A stretch of DNA of 64,000 nucleotides from an uncultured Dehalococcoidia bacterium (GTDB taxonomy: Bacteria; Chloroflexota; Dehalococcoidia; UBA6926): NCBI GenBank assembly GCA_964405845.1, contig CAYOPL010000009.1:24497-88496 (forward strand). The letters run 5' to 3'. Under the pieces are notes generated by a model. It was given only the letters and a program-made list of their open reading frames with translations. It ran no database searches and was not told the origin of the DNA. Below are positions 31,634-41,370 of this stretch, one piece after another (the first letter of the stretch is position 1; every line of letters begins with the position of its first letter). Made by a program: the position numbers and the translations under genes.

Positions 31634-34600
31634 TCACCCGGAGCCCGAGGGCCTAACCTCCGGCCCCGGCACGATGAACTCCAGGCGGCCGGACAGCATC
31701 CTGCCGTCGGCGGTGCAGATTGCGCCCTGGGCCTCGCAGTCGGTCGTGGGGGGCAGGACGACGGTCACCTGGCCGTTGCCGTGCGGCGTGACGGTGATCT
31801 CCCACCTCATGTTGCGCGTCTCGCCCTCCCGTTCCGGGCGTCTCGCCTTGGTCACCGCGCCGCCGGTCACGGTGAAGGCGTCGTCCCGCAGGACCTTGTA
31901 GCTGAAGGACCGCGGGGCCTCGCTGAAACGCAGCTCGAAGGTGAAGACGCCGGCGCTGCCGTCGTGAGAGTCCGGGGCGTCGTGGACCGTGGCCGTCAGC
32001 GGGGTCGGCTCCGGCTCCGGCGCGGCGGCCACGGCCGCCGTGGCCGCGCTGGTCAGAACCTCGGGGTTGCCGGCGTCGTCGGTGAAGGACACCCGCACCT
32101 TGATCGTCTTGCCCTCGTCGGCCTCCACCGGCGTGTAGCTGGTGGCGGTCGCGTTGCCGATGTCCACGTCGTCGGCGAGCCACTGGTAGGCGTAGGACAC
32201 ACCAGTCAGGCCGTCGGAGTCGGCGATGCCGGAGGTGTCGGCCTCCAGCGCCTCGCCCACCTGGGCCGTGCCCGTGACGGCGGGGGCGCCCGTGGCGGGA
32301 GAGTTGGCAACCTCTGCAGCCGCGACGGCTGTCGTGGCCGTGCTGGTCAGAACCTCGGGGTTGCCGGCGTCGTCGGAGAACGACACCCGGACCTTGATGG
32401 CCTTGCCCTGTTCGTCAGTCGTCAGGGTGAAGCTGCTGGCCGTCGCGTTGGCGATGTCCACGTCGTCGGCCAGCCACTGGTAGGCGTACGACACGTTGGT
32501 CAGGCCGTCGGTGTCGGCGATGGCGGAGGTGTCGGCCTCCAGCGCCTCGCCGACCTGGGCGGTGCCGGTGATGGCGGGCGCGCCCGTGGCGGGAGAGTTG
32601 GCGACCTCAGCGGCGGCCACGGCTGTTGTGGCCGCGCTGGTCAGAACCTCGGGGTTGCCGGCGTCGTCGGAGAACGACACCCGCAACTTGATGGCCTTGC
32701 CCTCGTCGGCCTCCACGAGCGTGTAGCTGCGGCCCGTGGCGTTGGCGATGTCCACGTCGTCTGCGAGCCACTGGTAGGCGTAGGACACGCCGGTCAGGCC
32801 GTCGGAGTCGGCGATGCCGGAGGTGTCCGCCTCCAGCGCCTCGCCGACCTGCGCCGTGCCGGTGATGGCGGGCGCGCCCGTGGCGGGAGAGTTGGCTGCG
32901 GACGCGGTGTTGTTGGTGACCGCCTGCCCGCTGAAGGACGCGGCGGGGTTGCGGGACTCGTCCTGTATTTTCGCCGCATTGGCATCCGTCGGCGCGGTGT
33001 AGGACACGGTGACCGTGTCTCCGGCGACCACCGCCGGGGACACGAACAGGATGACGTTGCTCTGGCCCGCTCCCGCGCCCAGGACGGAGCGGGGGGACCC
33101 GTTGACGGTCACCGCAAAGTCGGCGGGGGACAGGGAGGCAGTGTTGTCCAGGGTCTCGCTGTAGGCCAGGGTGAGGGTCGAGCCGTCCACGGCGGCCGAC
33201 TGCAGCGTCGGCGCCTCGCGGTCCAGGAAGAAGATTCCCGTTCCCTCGTGCGCGATGGCCGCGTCCAGGCCGTTGTCCGTGTCGCGAATGGCGCCGCCGT
33301 TCAGGGCCAGGGCGTTGGGACTCAGCAGTATCGAACTATGGCTGCCGTCCCCGTCGGCGAGGGTGTAGCTGAAGACCAGTTGCAGCGTGCCGCTGCCCCT
33401 GTCGAACTGCGCCTCCCTGAGGGCGTCGCCGAGCAGGAACTGCACCGACGGCGTGCCGCCGGTTTCGTCCACCTCCACGGGCTTGCTGAAGACGAAGGAG
33501 ATCTCCACCGTCTCGCCGGGGCTAAAGGCGCCGTCCCGCCCCGGGTTGCTTATGGCGGGCACTCGCTCAATGACGGCCGGTTCCCCGCCGTCGGTGGCGT
33601 AGGCCTTGACCCCGTCGGAGCGGTAGGCCCGGTGGCCCAGGATGGCCGGGATGCCTCCCTGGGCGGCGACGATGCTGCCCGGCGGCGACAGAGAAAGCGG
33701 ATCGACCACGAACAGCGAATCCGCCCCCACCGCCACGTGGGCGAAGGACGTGCCGTTTCCGAAGTCCTCAATGGTGTGGGTGAACACCGTCCGGTCGCTG
33801 TCCGGCCCGCCCTGATCCTGGTAGTAGGCCCGCCTGTGATTGCCGCCGCCGTAGTCATAGACCAGCCAGAGCGCCGGATGACCGTTCGGCGTGGTCGTCA
33901 CCGTGACCGCCTCGCTCCACACCACCGTGACCTCGACCGTGTCACCCACGTCATATGAACCGTCGCCTCCGGGAGGTTCGTTGAACTCCATGTCGACGAT
34001 GAACGGCCCGTCGTTCTTGATGCAGCGCAGCCCCACGTCCTCCGCGTGCCGGCAGTTGTGCCCGCCCACGTCGTACCTCCTGGGACACCCCAGCAGCCCC
34101 GCCTCGCCGCCGTCGCACTGGACGTCATCCAGCCAGATGGGCTGGTTCCTGTCGCCGGCCGGGAAGAAGTTCCTGTACTTCCGGCTGAAGCCTTCCTCAA
34201 TCGAGCCCCCGGCGAAGCCAAGCGCCCGGCAGGCCACGTCTGCGTTGGGCTTGGTCCAGTAGTCGTCGCAGATGGTGCCCCACTGGCCGTCGTAGTAGAT
34301 CTCCAGGCGTCCCTCGCACAGGTTCCCGGCCCCGTCGGTCAACGTGCCGTCCATCAGGCGTAGGTCGCCCGTGTTGTCCTCGATGGTCACCGGCAGGTCC
34401 TGCGTGATGGGGTCGTACTCACCGCCGGCGGCGGTGTGGGTCAGGATCTCCGCGTCGTCGTCCCGGTCCTCGTCGTGGAGCGCCGTCAGAGTCACCGTCT
34501 GCGGGACGTTCCAGTCCGCGTCCGTGAACGTGAGGGTTGTTTCGCTGTGGTCGAGATCACTGTCGCCGTCGTCCATGATGGTCACCGTCACCGCTTGCGT

Positions 34601-37600
34601 GGGCTCGGTGGCCAGTCTGACGCTGTAGTCGGCGCTGTCGCTCTCCTCCACCGCCAGCGAGAGAGGGTCGAGCATGATGCCCAGCGGGTCGTTGTCATTG
34701 ATGGTCACCGGCAGGTCGCTGTCGACGTCGTCGTACTCCGCGCCTGCCGCGGCGTGCGCCAGCGTGACGCTTTCGGCGACGCCGTCGTCGTCGTGGGCCG
34801 CCGTCACTGAGATCGACCGGGGCGTGTTCCAGTTATGGGGAGTGAAGGTGAGGGTGTTGTTGTTCAGCCTGGCGCCCGAGAGGGTCAGGTCCGTTCCGGC
34901 GTGGCCGCTGACAATCACTGTCACCTCGACCGTGGGTTCGGTGGCCAGCGCGACAGTGTAGCCGGCGCCGGCGGCGTCCTCCTCCTCCAGCGTCAGCGAC
35001 GTGGGGCTCAGCACGACGTCCGCGGTGTCGTCGTCGGCGATAGAAATAGTGAGCTCGTCCGTGGTCCCGGCGGTGACCCGCTCGTCCGGCATGGTCCCGA
35101 ACTCCAGCTTCACGCCCTCGTCATCATCGTCGATGAAGTCCTGCGTGGCGGCGAAGGTGAAGGTCTGGGACGTAGTTCCGCCGTCTGTGAAGGTGACGTG
35201 CTCCGGCACACCCGAGTAGTCGGCGGCGCTGCCCGTTCCCTGCAGCGTCTCGTTTATGGGGATGATGATGGTGCGCTCCGGGTCCTTGTCCACCGTCACG
35301 GTTACGACCTGGCTCGCGCCCTCGGCCACGGTGTAGGCCGACTCGGAGAAGGCGACCGTGACCTCGGGAAAGTCGTCGTCGATTATCTTGACGACCGTGT
35401 CGTCCCTGGCCCCCTCGGTTATCCGTTCCGGCAGTCTCGAGCCGAATTCCAGCTTCACCTCCTCCTCGTCGTCATCTATGTCGTCTTGCGTCGCCACGAA
35501 GGCGATGGTCTTCAGCGTCTCGCCCGCGTCGAAGGTGACTTTGCCCGGCACGGTGTAGTCGGCGTCGCTGGCCATCACTCGGTTCGTCTTTGTGATGGGA
35601 ATCTCGACGGCGCGCTCGGGATCGGCGTCCAGGGTGATGGTGACGTTGATCGTTTGCCCCTCGTTGATGAGATAGGTGTCCTGCCCGAACTGCACTTGCA
35701 CGTGAGGAAAGTCGTCGTCGTTGATGCTCACGACTGCTTCGTCCGTCGTGCCCGGACTGACACGCGCGTCCGGCATGACGCCGAATCCCAGGATCACACT
35801 TTCGTCATCGTCGTCCACGCTGTCCTGGGTGGCTGTGAAATCGATCGTCTTTAGGGTCTCGCCGGATTCAAAAGTGACGGTTCTCGTCGACACGGAGAAG
35901 TCTGCGGCGCTCGCGCCGCCTTGGCGTGTTGTCGTGATCGGAATCTCCAGTTCGCGCTCGGGATCCGCGCTCAGCGAGACGTTGACATATCCCGTCCCGC
36001 CCTCATCAACGGTGTACTCCGACGAGGCGAACGACACGGACACCACCGGGTCGTCGTCGTCATTGATGGCGACGCTGCTTGCGCCCGGCATCCCGCGGCT
36101 CACCCGCTCCGGCAGCGCGCCGAACCCGATCCGTACGCTTTCATCATCGTCGTCCACAGTGTCATCGACGGCCGAGAAGGTCAGCGTCGTTGATGTCTGG
36201 CCGGAGGTGAAGGTGACTTTCTCCGGCACGGAGAAATCGCCGTCGCTCGCGCCGTCCTCACCGACTGCGGTGATGAGGATCTCGACGGTGCGCTCCGGGT
36301 CGGCGTTCAGGGTCACTGTCACGTCCACGGTCCCGCCCTCGTCCGCCGAGTAGGACGCCTGCCCGAACGACACCTCCACCTCCGGGTGGTCGTCGTCGGC
36401 GATGCTGACCGTCGTCTCGTTGGTGGACCCTTCGCTCACCTTGGCGGGCAGTGACCCGAAGCCGAGCAGCACGCTCTCGTCGTCGTCGTCCACAGTGTCG
36501 TTGACGGCCGTGACGGTGAGCGTCGCCGACGTCTGGCCGGAGGTAAATGTGACTCTCTCCGGCACGGAGAAATCGCCGTCGGTCGCCCCGCCCTGGGGCG
36601 TGGCCTCGATGGGAATGACGACGATGCGCTCCGGGTCGCCGCTCAGGGTCACCGTCACATCCACGGTTCCGCCCTCGTCCGCCGAGTAAGACGCCTGCCC
36701 GAACGACACCTCCACCTCCGGAGCGGCGATATCTGTGATATGCACGGTGGACTCGCGCGTCGTTCCCTGCTGCACGCCGGCGGGCGGCGTTCCGAATCCG
36801 AGCAGCACGCTCTCGCCGGCATCGTCGTCGCCGTCGGCCATGGCACTGACGGTGAATGACTGCGATGTGTCGCCCGCGCTGAAGGTCACGTTCTGTGGGA
36901 CGCCGTCGTAGTCGCCGGCGACCGCTCCTCCCCGGGGCGTGTGCGTGACGGGGATCGTCACCGTGCTGTTCGGGGCGGAGGTGAGCGTCACGTCCACGCT
37001 GACCGTTCCGCCCTCCAGCACGGCGTACGAGGACGCGCCGAAGTCGACCTCCGGCGCGTCATTGTCCACGATGGTGATGACGGCCGTCTCGTTCGTTCCC
37101 CCGGACAGCAGGTGGACGTCGACGAGGCTGAGCGTCAGGCTCTCCCCCTCGTCGTCGCGGGTGTCGTCCACGAGCGTGACGGTGAAGGTTTTGGAGGTGT
37201 CGCCGGGGGCGAAGACCAGCTCGTCCGTGCTCAGCGTGTAGTCCGCCTCCGTGGCTCCGCCGCCGCCGGTGACCGTTATGGGCAGCGTGACCGTGGTTTC
37301 GAGGAACGCCTCGTCCAGCGTCACCGTTACCTCGACGTCGTCGCCCTCTGTGGCCTGGTACGTGGCCGCGTCGAAGGAGGCGGTGGCGGTCTCGATCAGC
37401 TTGAGGTCGACCTCGTCGCCATCCTCCCAGCCGAGTTCCAGATCATCCCATTCGACGTAATGGCTGAAGACTGAATCGGCCTCGCTCAGGATCATGCGCG
37501 TTCCGTCCAGAACGAGCGCGCCGCGGTCAAGAAACGACTGGGGAACGTCACTTACGAAGGCAATGTACATCGGTTGACTCCGGGAGACGGGATAACTGAT

Positions 37601-40054
37601 AAGCGCCCGGACAGCTGCTACGCTCTCTCCGTATGCAATGGTCCTTGCGTTGAGCCTTCCGAGGTACTCATAGGGATAGTACTGTTGAAGACTTATGAAA
37701 TCCGATCCGAAGGAGGTTCCGTCACGGCCGACGGTCATGGTCGAGCAGAGGACCTCCGGGCACGCCCGCGCGCGGGAGCCGTCCACGGCCTGGCCGGCGG
37801 GCAGCTGTTTGGCCGGAAGGGACAGGTCGGCGGGGACCAGGGGGTCGTCATCAGCGTGCACGTCGACTCCCGCGTTGTCTCCGAGCGGATCGGCGCCTAT
37901 GTAGATGCCGTCCGCATCGATGTCGCCCGGCTGAACCGTGTATGCGAACAGCGAGGTATAGCCCAATGGATTTCCGATCAATGCCGCCTCACGGCGGTGT
38001 TCCTTCCCCTCTCCGAGCCAGAACGTCGCGACGGTGGAGTCCGGGATCTCCACAGGGTCGTTGAAGGTGAAAAGCATCTCGATCTGCTCGCCGGCGGTAT
38101 AGGCGACGCCGTCCGCCGGACTCGAGACGACAACGACGTCAGTCAGCTCGCGGACTGCTTCCGGGTGACCTTCCATGCGGAACCGGGGGATATGGTGCTT
38201 TACGTTAGCGTCGGTGAACAATATGTCCAGGTCGCTCAGGCTGCCCGGTTCTGCCTCCAGAGTGCGAACCGCTTCCAGCTTGATGGTGCCGGGCCCCTTT
38301 CCCGTAACTTCCGCAAACAGGTCCCCGCTGAAAGTGCTCCATTCGGGGTGGGGACCGTCTGCGATTGTGAAGGTCTGCAGCCCCGCGGACGTGACCGAGC
38401 CTTTGTATTCGAATTCCCCTGAGTCAATAAATTGACCATATAACGTCACCGTCACCTCAAGGGTGTCGGACGGCGTCCTGACGTCAAGCGTGAATGCCGT
38501 CGTAGTCGTTTCAAGAAAGTTGGTGTAGTAAAGCTGGATTAATGCGCTTTGGTCGGCGCTGATCGTCAGCGGAGGCCCCTTCGGTAGGTTGAAGTTGCCG
38601 ACCAGGAAGGTCTGCGTGTCCACCTTGTGGGTGGGGAAGGTCATGGCGGCGTGGGCGAGGGCGGCGGGGGCGGAGTTGTCCGTCGCCCGGATGGTTCCGC
38701 CGTTCAGTTCGAGACTGTTCGCGAGCAAGGAGATACCGTCATCGTCGTGGTCGCCGACGAGCGCGGTGTAGCTGAACCTCAGCGCCGTCGCGCTGCTCCC
38801 GATGCCGGAGTAGGCGGCGTAGCGCGGCTGGTCGCCGATGTCCAGGGTGACGCGGGGAGTCCCGTTGGCGGTGTCAACCGTGACGGACTCGTTGAAAACA
38901 AGGGTCACGCTCATCCTGTTGCCGGTGACATAGGTTTGGTCGGGGCCCGGGTCGGACACGATGAGGATGGACGAGACGGCAGGATCGACGCCGGGGACGG
39001 ACACGGGGGAATGCACGTTGACGGTCATATCGTACGCGTCCGTGCTCGTCAGGGAGGCGCCCTTTACGCGGAAGACGAAGGCGGTGTAGGGGTCGCCAAC
39101 CTCTCCGGCGTCGGGCGTGAACACGAGATCACCGGCCTCGATGTCTGCGACGTCTATCTCCTGCCCCGCAGTGACCGCGCTGCCGCTCAGCGTGAGTGCG
39201 CCGTCACCCGGCAATGTGATGATGAGGATGCCGGTGAGCGCATCGTTGGGGGTGGTAGCTGTGAATGGGAAGTCTGACACGCTGAATGTGTGCGCGGTGT
39301 TCGCCAACAGTCCCACACTGCCGTTCATTGACGTGGGGGAGCCGGGGACCGCCTTGGGCCTGCCCTTGACGGCAAGCCGGAACGCCATGTTCGAGCTGGC
39401 GTTGTTCCAGCTTGAGCTCGGCCGGTGATGGAACCTGTCCCTGATGGTCCAGCCGATCAGAGACGAGGAGTCCTGGTCAGTACTCCCCGTGCCACTCATG
39501 GCAACATCTCCCGAATCATTGGGAGTCCTCATCGTCACGGCGTAGTGGGCCCTGGCATCGAGTTCCAGGCCGCTCGGAGCGGTGAAGGTAAGCGTTCCCG
39601 CGGCAAAGGAGTCAGGCGGGTTGAGCCCCGTGCAGGGGGTTGTCGGCTGCCTTCGGGAGTTCGTATTGCATATGGACACCTGGAATTCGTCGCCCTCCGG
39701 GTCCGTGGAGACGACCTGCACCTCGCTGATGACGTAGCCGGTGGAGTTGTATCCGGTCCTGAATACCTGCGCGCGGCGGGAGTTGATGCTGAGGCCTTCC
39801 TCGGATCCCTGCTGCACGTTGCTGACCAGCGTCACGTCGTTCGCGACGCTCTGCGCCCGGACGTCGGACGGCAGTTCCACAGCAGCGAGCGCGACCAGCA
39901 CGAGGAGGAGCAGCACGACCGGACTGCGCCAAAGCAGGGAGGCCGTTCGAATCAACGCCGGGATAGATGAGCCGGATGGTTGATATGCCATGGTTGGCGG
40001 GGGCACGGCAGGGGTCGCCGTGCCAAGGGTTATCGTTTCGTCGCTACTCCGCAT
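31634..40054 (-). CDS. giant secreted or surface protein (2806 aa): signal/TM N-terminus, Ig-like region, SRCR domain, >=10 Calx-beta repeats, three ~98-aa tandem repeats, conserved ~110-aa C-terminal domain
   Basis: Calx-beta units (VSFGQASYSADEGGTVDVTVTL...DFSVPERVTFTSGQTS...DDDDESVLLGFG). SRCR signature (CEGRLEIYYDGQWGTICDDYWTKPNADVACRALGF...PIWLDDVQCDGGEAGLLGC...GHNCRHAEDVGLRC). Triplicated PATGAPAITGTAQVGEALEADTSGIADSDGLTGVSYAYQWLADDVDIANATG...VSFSDDAGNPEVLTS. Confidence 0.8.
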   Translation of the reverse strand: MRSSDETITLGTATPAVPPPTMAYQPSGSSIPALIRTASLLWRSPVVLLLLVLVALAAVELPSDVRAQSVANDVTLVSNVQQGSEEGLSINSRRAQVFRTGYNSTGYVISEVQVVSTDPEGDEFQVSICNTNSRRQPTTPCTGLNPPDSFAAGTLTFTAPSGLELDARAHYAVTMRTPNDSGDVAMSGTGSTDQDSSSLIGWTIRDRFHHRPSSSWNNASSNMAFRLAVKGRPKAVPGSPTSMNGSVGLLANTAHTFSVSDFPFTATTPNDALTGILIITLPGDGALTLSGSAVTAGQEIDVADIEAGDLVFTPDAGEVGDPYTAFVFRVKGASLTSTDAYDMTVNVHSPVSVPGVDPAVSSILIVSDPGPDQTYVTGNRMSVTLVFNESVTVDTANGTPRVTLDIGDQPRYAAYSGIGSSATALRFSYTALVGDHDDDGISLLANSLELNGGTIRATDNSAPAALAHAAMTFPTHKVDTQTFLVGNFNLPKGPPLTISADQSALIQLYYTNFLETTTTAFTLDVRTPSDTLEVTVTLYGQFIDSGEFEYKGSVTSAGLQTFTIADGPHPEWSTFSGDLFAEVTGKGPGTIKLEAVRTLEAEPGSLSDLDILFTDANVKHHIPRFRMEGHPEAVRELTDVVVVSSPADGVAYTAGEQIEMLFTFNDPVEIPDSTVATFWLGEGKEHRREAALIGNPLGYTSLFAYTVQPGDIDADGIYIGADPLGDNAGVDVHADDDPLVPADLSLPAKQLPAGQAVDGSRARACPEVLCSTMTVGRDGTSFGSDFISLQQYYPYEYLGRLNARTIAYGESVAAVRALISYPVSRSQPMYIAFVSDVPQSFLDRGALVLDGTRMILSEADSVFSHYVEWDDLELGWEDGDEVDLKLIETATASFDAATYQATEGDDVEVTVTLDEAFLETTVTLPITVTGGGGATEADYTLSTDELVFAPGDTSKTFTVTLVDDTRDDEGESLTLSLVDVHLLSGGTNETAVITIVDNDAPEVDFGASSYAVLEGGTVSVDVTLTSAPNSTVTIPVTHTPRGGAVAGDYDGVPQNVTFSAGDTSQSFTVSAMADGDDDAGESVLLGFGTPPAGVQQGTTRESTVHITDIAAPEVEVSFGQASYSADEGGTVDVTVTLSGDPERIVVIPIEATPQGGATDGDFSVPERVTFTSGQTSATLTVTAVNDTVDDDDESVLLGFGSLPAKVSEGSTNETTVSIADDDHPEVEVSFGQASYSADEGGTVDVTVTLNADPERTVEILITAVGEDGASDGDFSVPEKVTFTSGQTSTTLTFSAVDDTVDDDDESVRIGFGALPERVSRGMPGASSVAINDDDDPVVSVSFASSEYTVDEGGTGYVNVSLSADPERELEIPITTTRQGGASAADFSVSTRTVTFESGETLKTIDFTATQDSVDDDDESVILGFGVMPDARVSPGTTDEAVVSINDDDFPHVQVQFGQDTYLINEGQTINVTITLDADPERAVEIPITKTNRVMASDADYTVPGKVTFDAGETLKTIAFVATQDDIDDDEEEVKLEFGSRLPERITEGARDDTVVKIIDDDFPEVTVAFSESAYTVAEGASQVVTVTVDKDPERTIIIPINETLQGTGSAADYSGVPEHVTFTDGGTTSQTFTFAATQDFIDDDDEGVKLEFGTMPDERVTAGTTDELTISIADDDTADVVLSPTSLTLEEEDAAGAGYTVALATEPTVEVTVIVSGHAGTDLTLSGARLNNNTLTFTPHNWNTPRSISVTAAHDDDGVAESVTLAHAAAGAEYDDVDSDLPVTINDNDPLGIMLDPLSLAVEESDSADYSVRLATEPTQAVTVTIMDDGDSDLDHSETTLTFTDADWNVPQTVTLTALHDEDRDDDAEILTHTAAGGEYDPITQDLPVTIEDNTGDLRLMDGTLTDGAGNLCEGRLEIYYDGQWGTICDDYWTKPNADVACRALGFAGGSIEEGFSRKYRNFFPAGDRNQPIWLDDVQCDGGEAGLLGCPRRYDVGGHNCRHAEDVGLRCIKNDGPFIVDMEFNEPPGGDGSYDVGDTVEVTVVWSEAVTVTTTPNGHPALWLVYDYGGGNHRRAYYQDQGGPDSDRTVFTHTIEDFGNGTSFAHVAVGADSLFVVDPLSLSPPGSIVAAQGGIPAILGHRAYRSDGVKAYATDGGEPAVIERVPAISNPGRDGAFSPGETVEISFVFSKPVEVDETGGTPSVQFLLGDALREAQFDRGSGTLQLVFSYTLADGDGSHSSILLSPNALALNGGAIRDTDNGLDAAIAHEGTGIFFLDREAPTLQSAAVDGSTLTLAYSETLDNTASLSPADFAVTVNGSPRSVLGAGAGQSNVILFVSPAVVAGDTVTVSYTAPTDANAAKIQDESRNPAASFSGQAVTNNTASAANSPATGAPAITGTAQVGEALEADTSGIADSDGLTGVSYAYQWLADDVDIANATGRSYTLVEADEGKAIKLRVSFSDDAGNPEVLTSAATTAVAAAEVANSPATGAPAITGTAQVGEALEADTSAIADTDGLTNVSYAYQWLADDVDIANATASSFTLTTDEQGKAIKVRVSFSDDAGNPEVLTSTATTAVAAAEVANSPATGAPAVTGTAQVGEALEADTSGIADSDGLTGVSYAYQWLADDVDIGNATATSYTPVEADEGKTIKVRVSFTDDAGNPEVLTSAATAAVAAAPEPEPTPLTATVHDAPDSHDGSAGVFTFELRFSEAPRSFSYKVLRDDAFTVTGGAVTKARRPEREGETRNMRWEITVTPHGNGQVTVVLPPTTDCEAQGAICTADGRMLSGRLEFIVPGPEVRPSGSG
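32040..32935. repeat. three near-identical tandem DNA repeats of 294 bp inside the giant gene (starts ~32051, 32345, 32639); a diverged fourth copy lies in the LRR-protein gene at ~42929-43200
   Basis: ggtcagaacctcggggttgccggcgtcgtcgg...accttgat recurs with a 294-bp period. Antisense ORFs 32226..32483, 32496..32726 and 32814..33002 translate almost identically. Confidence 0.7.
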
Positions 40055-40278
40055 CCAATTCTTCTATAGCAAAGTGGTCCGTGGCCTTGTTCATGCCACG
40101 GAGTTGTCGGTTACTACCCCATTTATGATTGTGAAAACCAACACAAGCCGCTGACTAGATTCTTTTGTACACAATTTGGTATGGACTTTGGTCACAATTT
40201 TGAGGGGTGGATTGCCTATGGTTTAGGTGAGGAGAATGATGTGTGCACGGGATTCTCCTATTGGCAGGCTCATCCAGG

Positions 40279-41358
40279 TCAGCGTCCGGTCCAATCGTCA
40301 TGCCATCCTGCGCCGATCAGGCGGCCGGCGACTGTCACAACCCAGATACGCATGGAATCAGAAGTGAGCCACTCCCCCTCCTGCCGGACTGTCGACGCAC
40401 CCAGGCCGAGCAGATCCCTGATGGGTGTGTCAATGACTGCGGGGTTGACGTGATGGGCCACAGCGCCGGTTTCGTCGGCAATGATGATGGACCACTCCCC
40501 CTGGGCGGCGCCGGACGCGTAGTCGGTCACGGCGGACGCGGTCACTCCATCCAGTACGTTCCCGGGGTTGTTTTGCAGGTATTCGAGGGTTCCTTCCAGT
40601 CCAACTGACCAGAGCAGATCGACAACCGCGGCAACGACGTCCTGCGTGAACTGATCGACGTCGACGTACCAGCCGGAGGCGAACAGAAGCCCGTCATGCC
40701 GCATCACCCAAACGTTCTTCAACTGCACGCCGCCCGGATCACCCGGTGTGATGCTTCCGGTTTCCGGGTTCTGGTAGACATATGAAACCCACTTGCCGTC
40801 TTCGTCGGCGGAGAGCATATCCGCACGAAAGTTGTAACCGTTGGCGTCGATGCTCACCCAGCCCGATAAATCCAGCCCCCGGCGGCCGGGGTCCGGATGG
40901 GCGATCACCAGGCCGTTCTCGTCGACGATGAAGACGTACCACTGGCCGTCCACGCTCTGCGCACGGTTGTAATGAGCGATGGCAGCCTCCCGGCCTTGGG
41001 TTTCGTACCGGGAGATGGCGCTCTCGACGATGTACCTGGTGTACTCGGCGGGGTCCGATCTGGGAGGCGCCAGGGCCACCACGCCGCGAGCGATACGTTC
41101 AGCCTCGGCAGGCGTGAGACCCGCCTCCGGTTGTTCGATGGACGCAATGGCGGCATCGACAGTTTCCCGTACTTCCTCACCGGAGACTCCCGGTTCAGGC
41201 GGGGTCGGCTCAGGAGTCCGGGCAAGCTCCTCGCGCACAATTTCTTCCACGTCCTCGCGAGACAGGCCCGTCTCCTCGTTTCCACATGCGATCACCAGAG
41301 CAGCGATCAGCAGGAGGAGAACCGCGGTCACAGCAGCGAACGGCAGTCTGATATTCAT
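40279..41358 (-). CDS. lipoprotein with an internally duplicated sensor-like domain, 359 aa
   Basis: ATG at 41358. Signal peptide with lipobox LVIACG. Two related modules (WYVFIVDENGLVIAHPDP / WSIIIADETGAVAHHVNP). No firm family call. Confidence 0.5.
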   Translation of the reverse strand: MNIRLPFAAVTAVLLLLIAALVIACGNEETGLSREDVEEIVREELARTPEPTPPEPGVSGEEVRETVDAAIASIEQPEAGLTPAEAERIARGVVALAPPRSDPAEYTRYIVESAISRYETQGREAAIAHYNRAQSVDGQWYVFIVDENGLVIAHPDPGRRGLDLSGWVSIDANGYNFRADMLSADEDGKWVSYVYQNPETGSITPGDPGGVQLKNVWVMRHDGLLFASGWYVDVDQFTQDVVAAVVDLLWSVGLEGTLEYLQNNPGNVLDGVTASAVTDYASGAAQGEWSIIIADETGAVAHHVNPAVIDTPIRDLLGLGASTVRQEGEWLTSDSMRIWVVTVAGRLIGAGWHDDWTGR

Positions 41359-41370
41359 GAATCCAATCCC

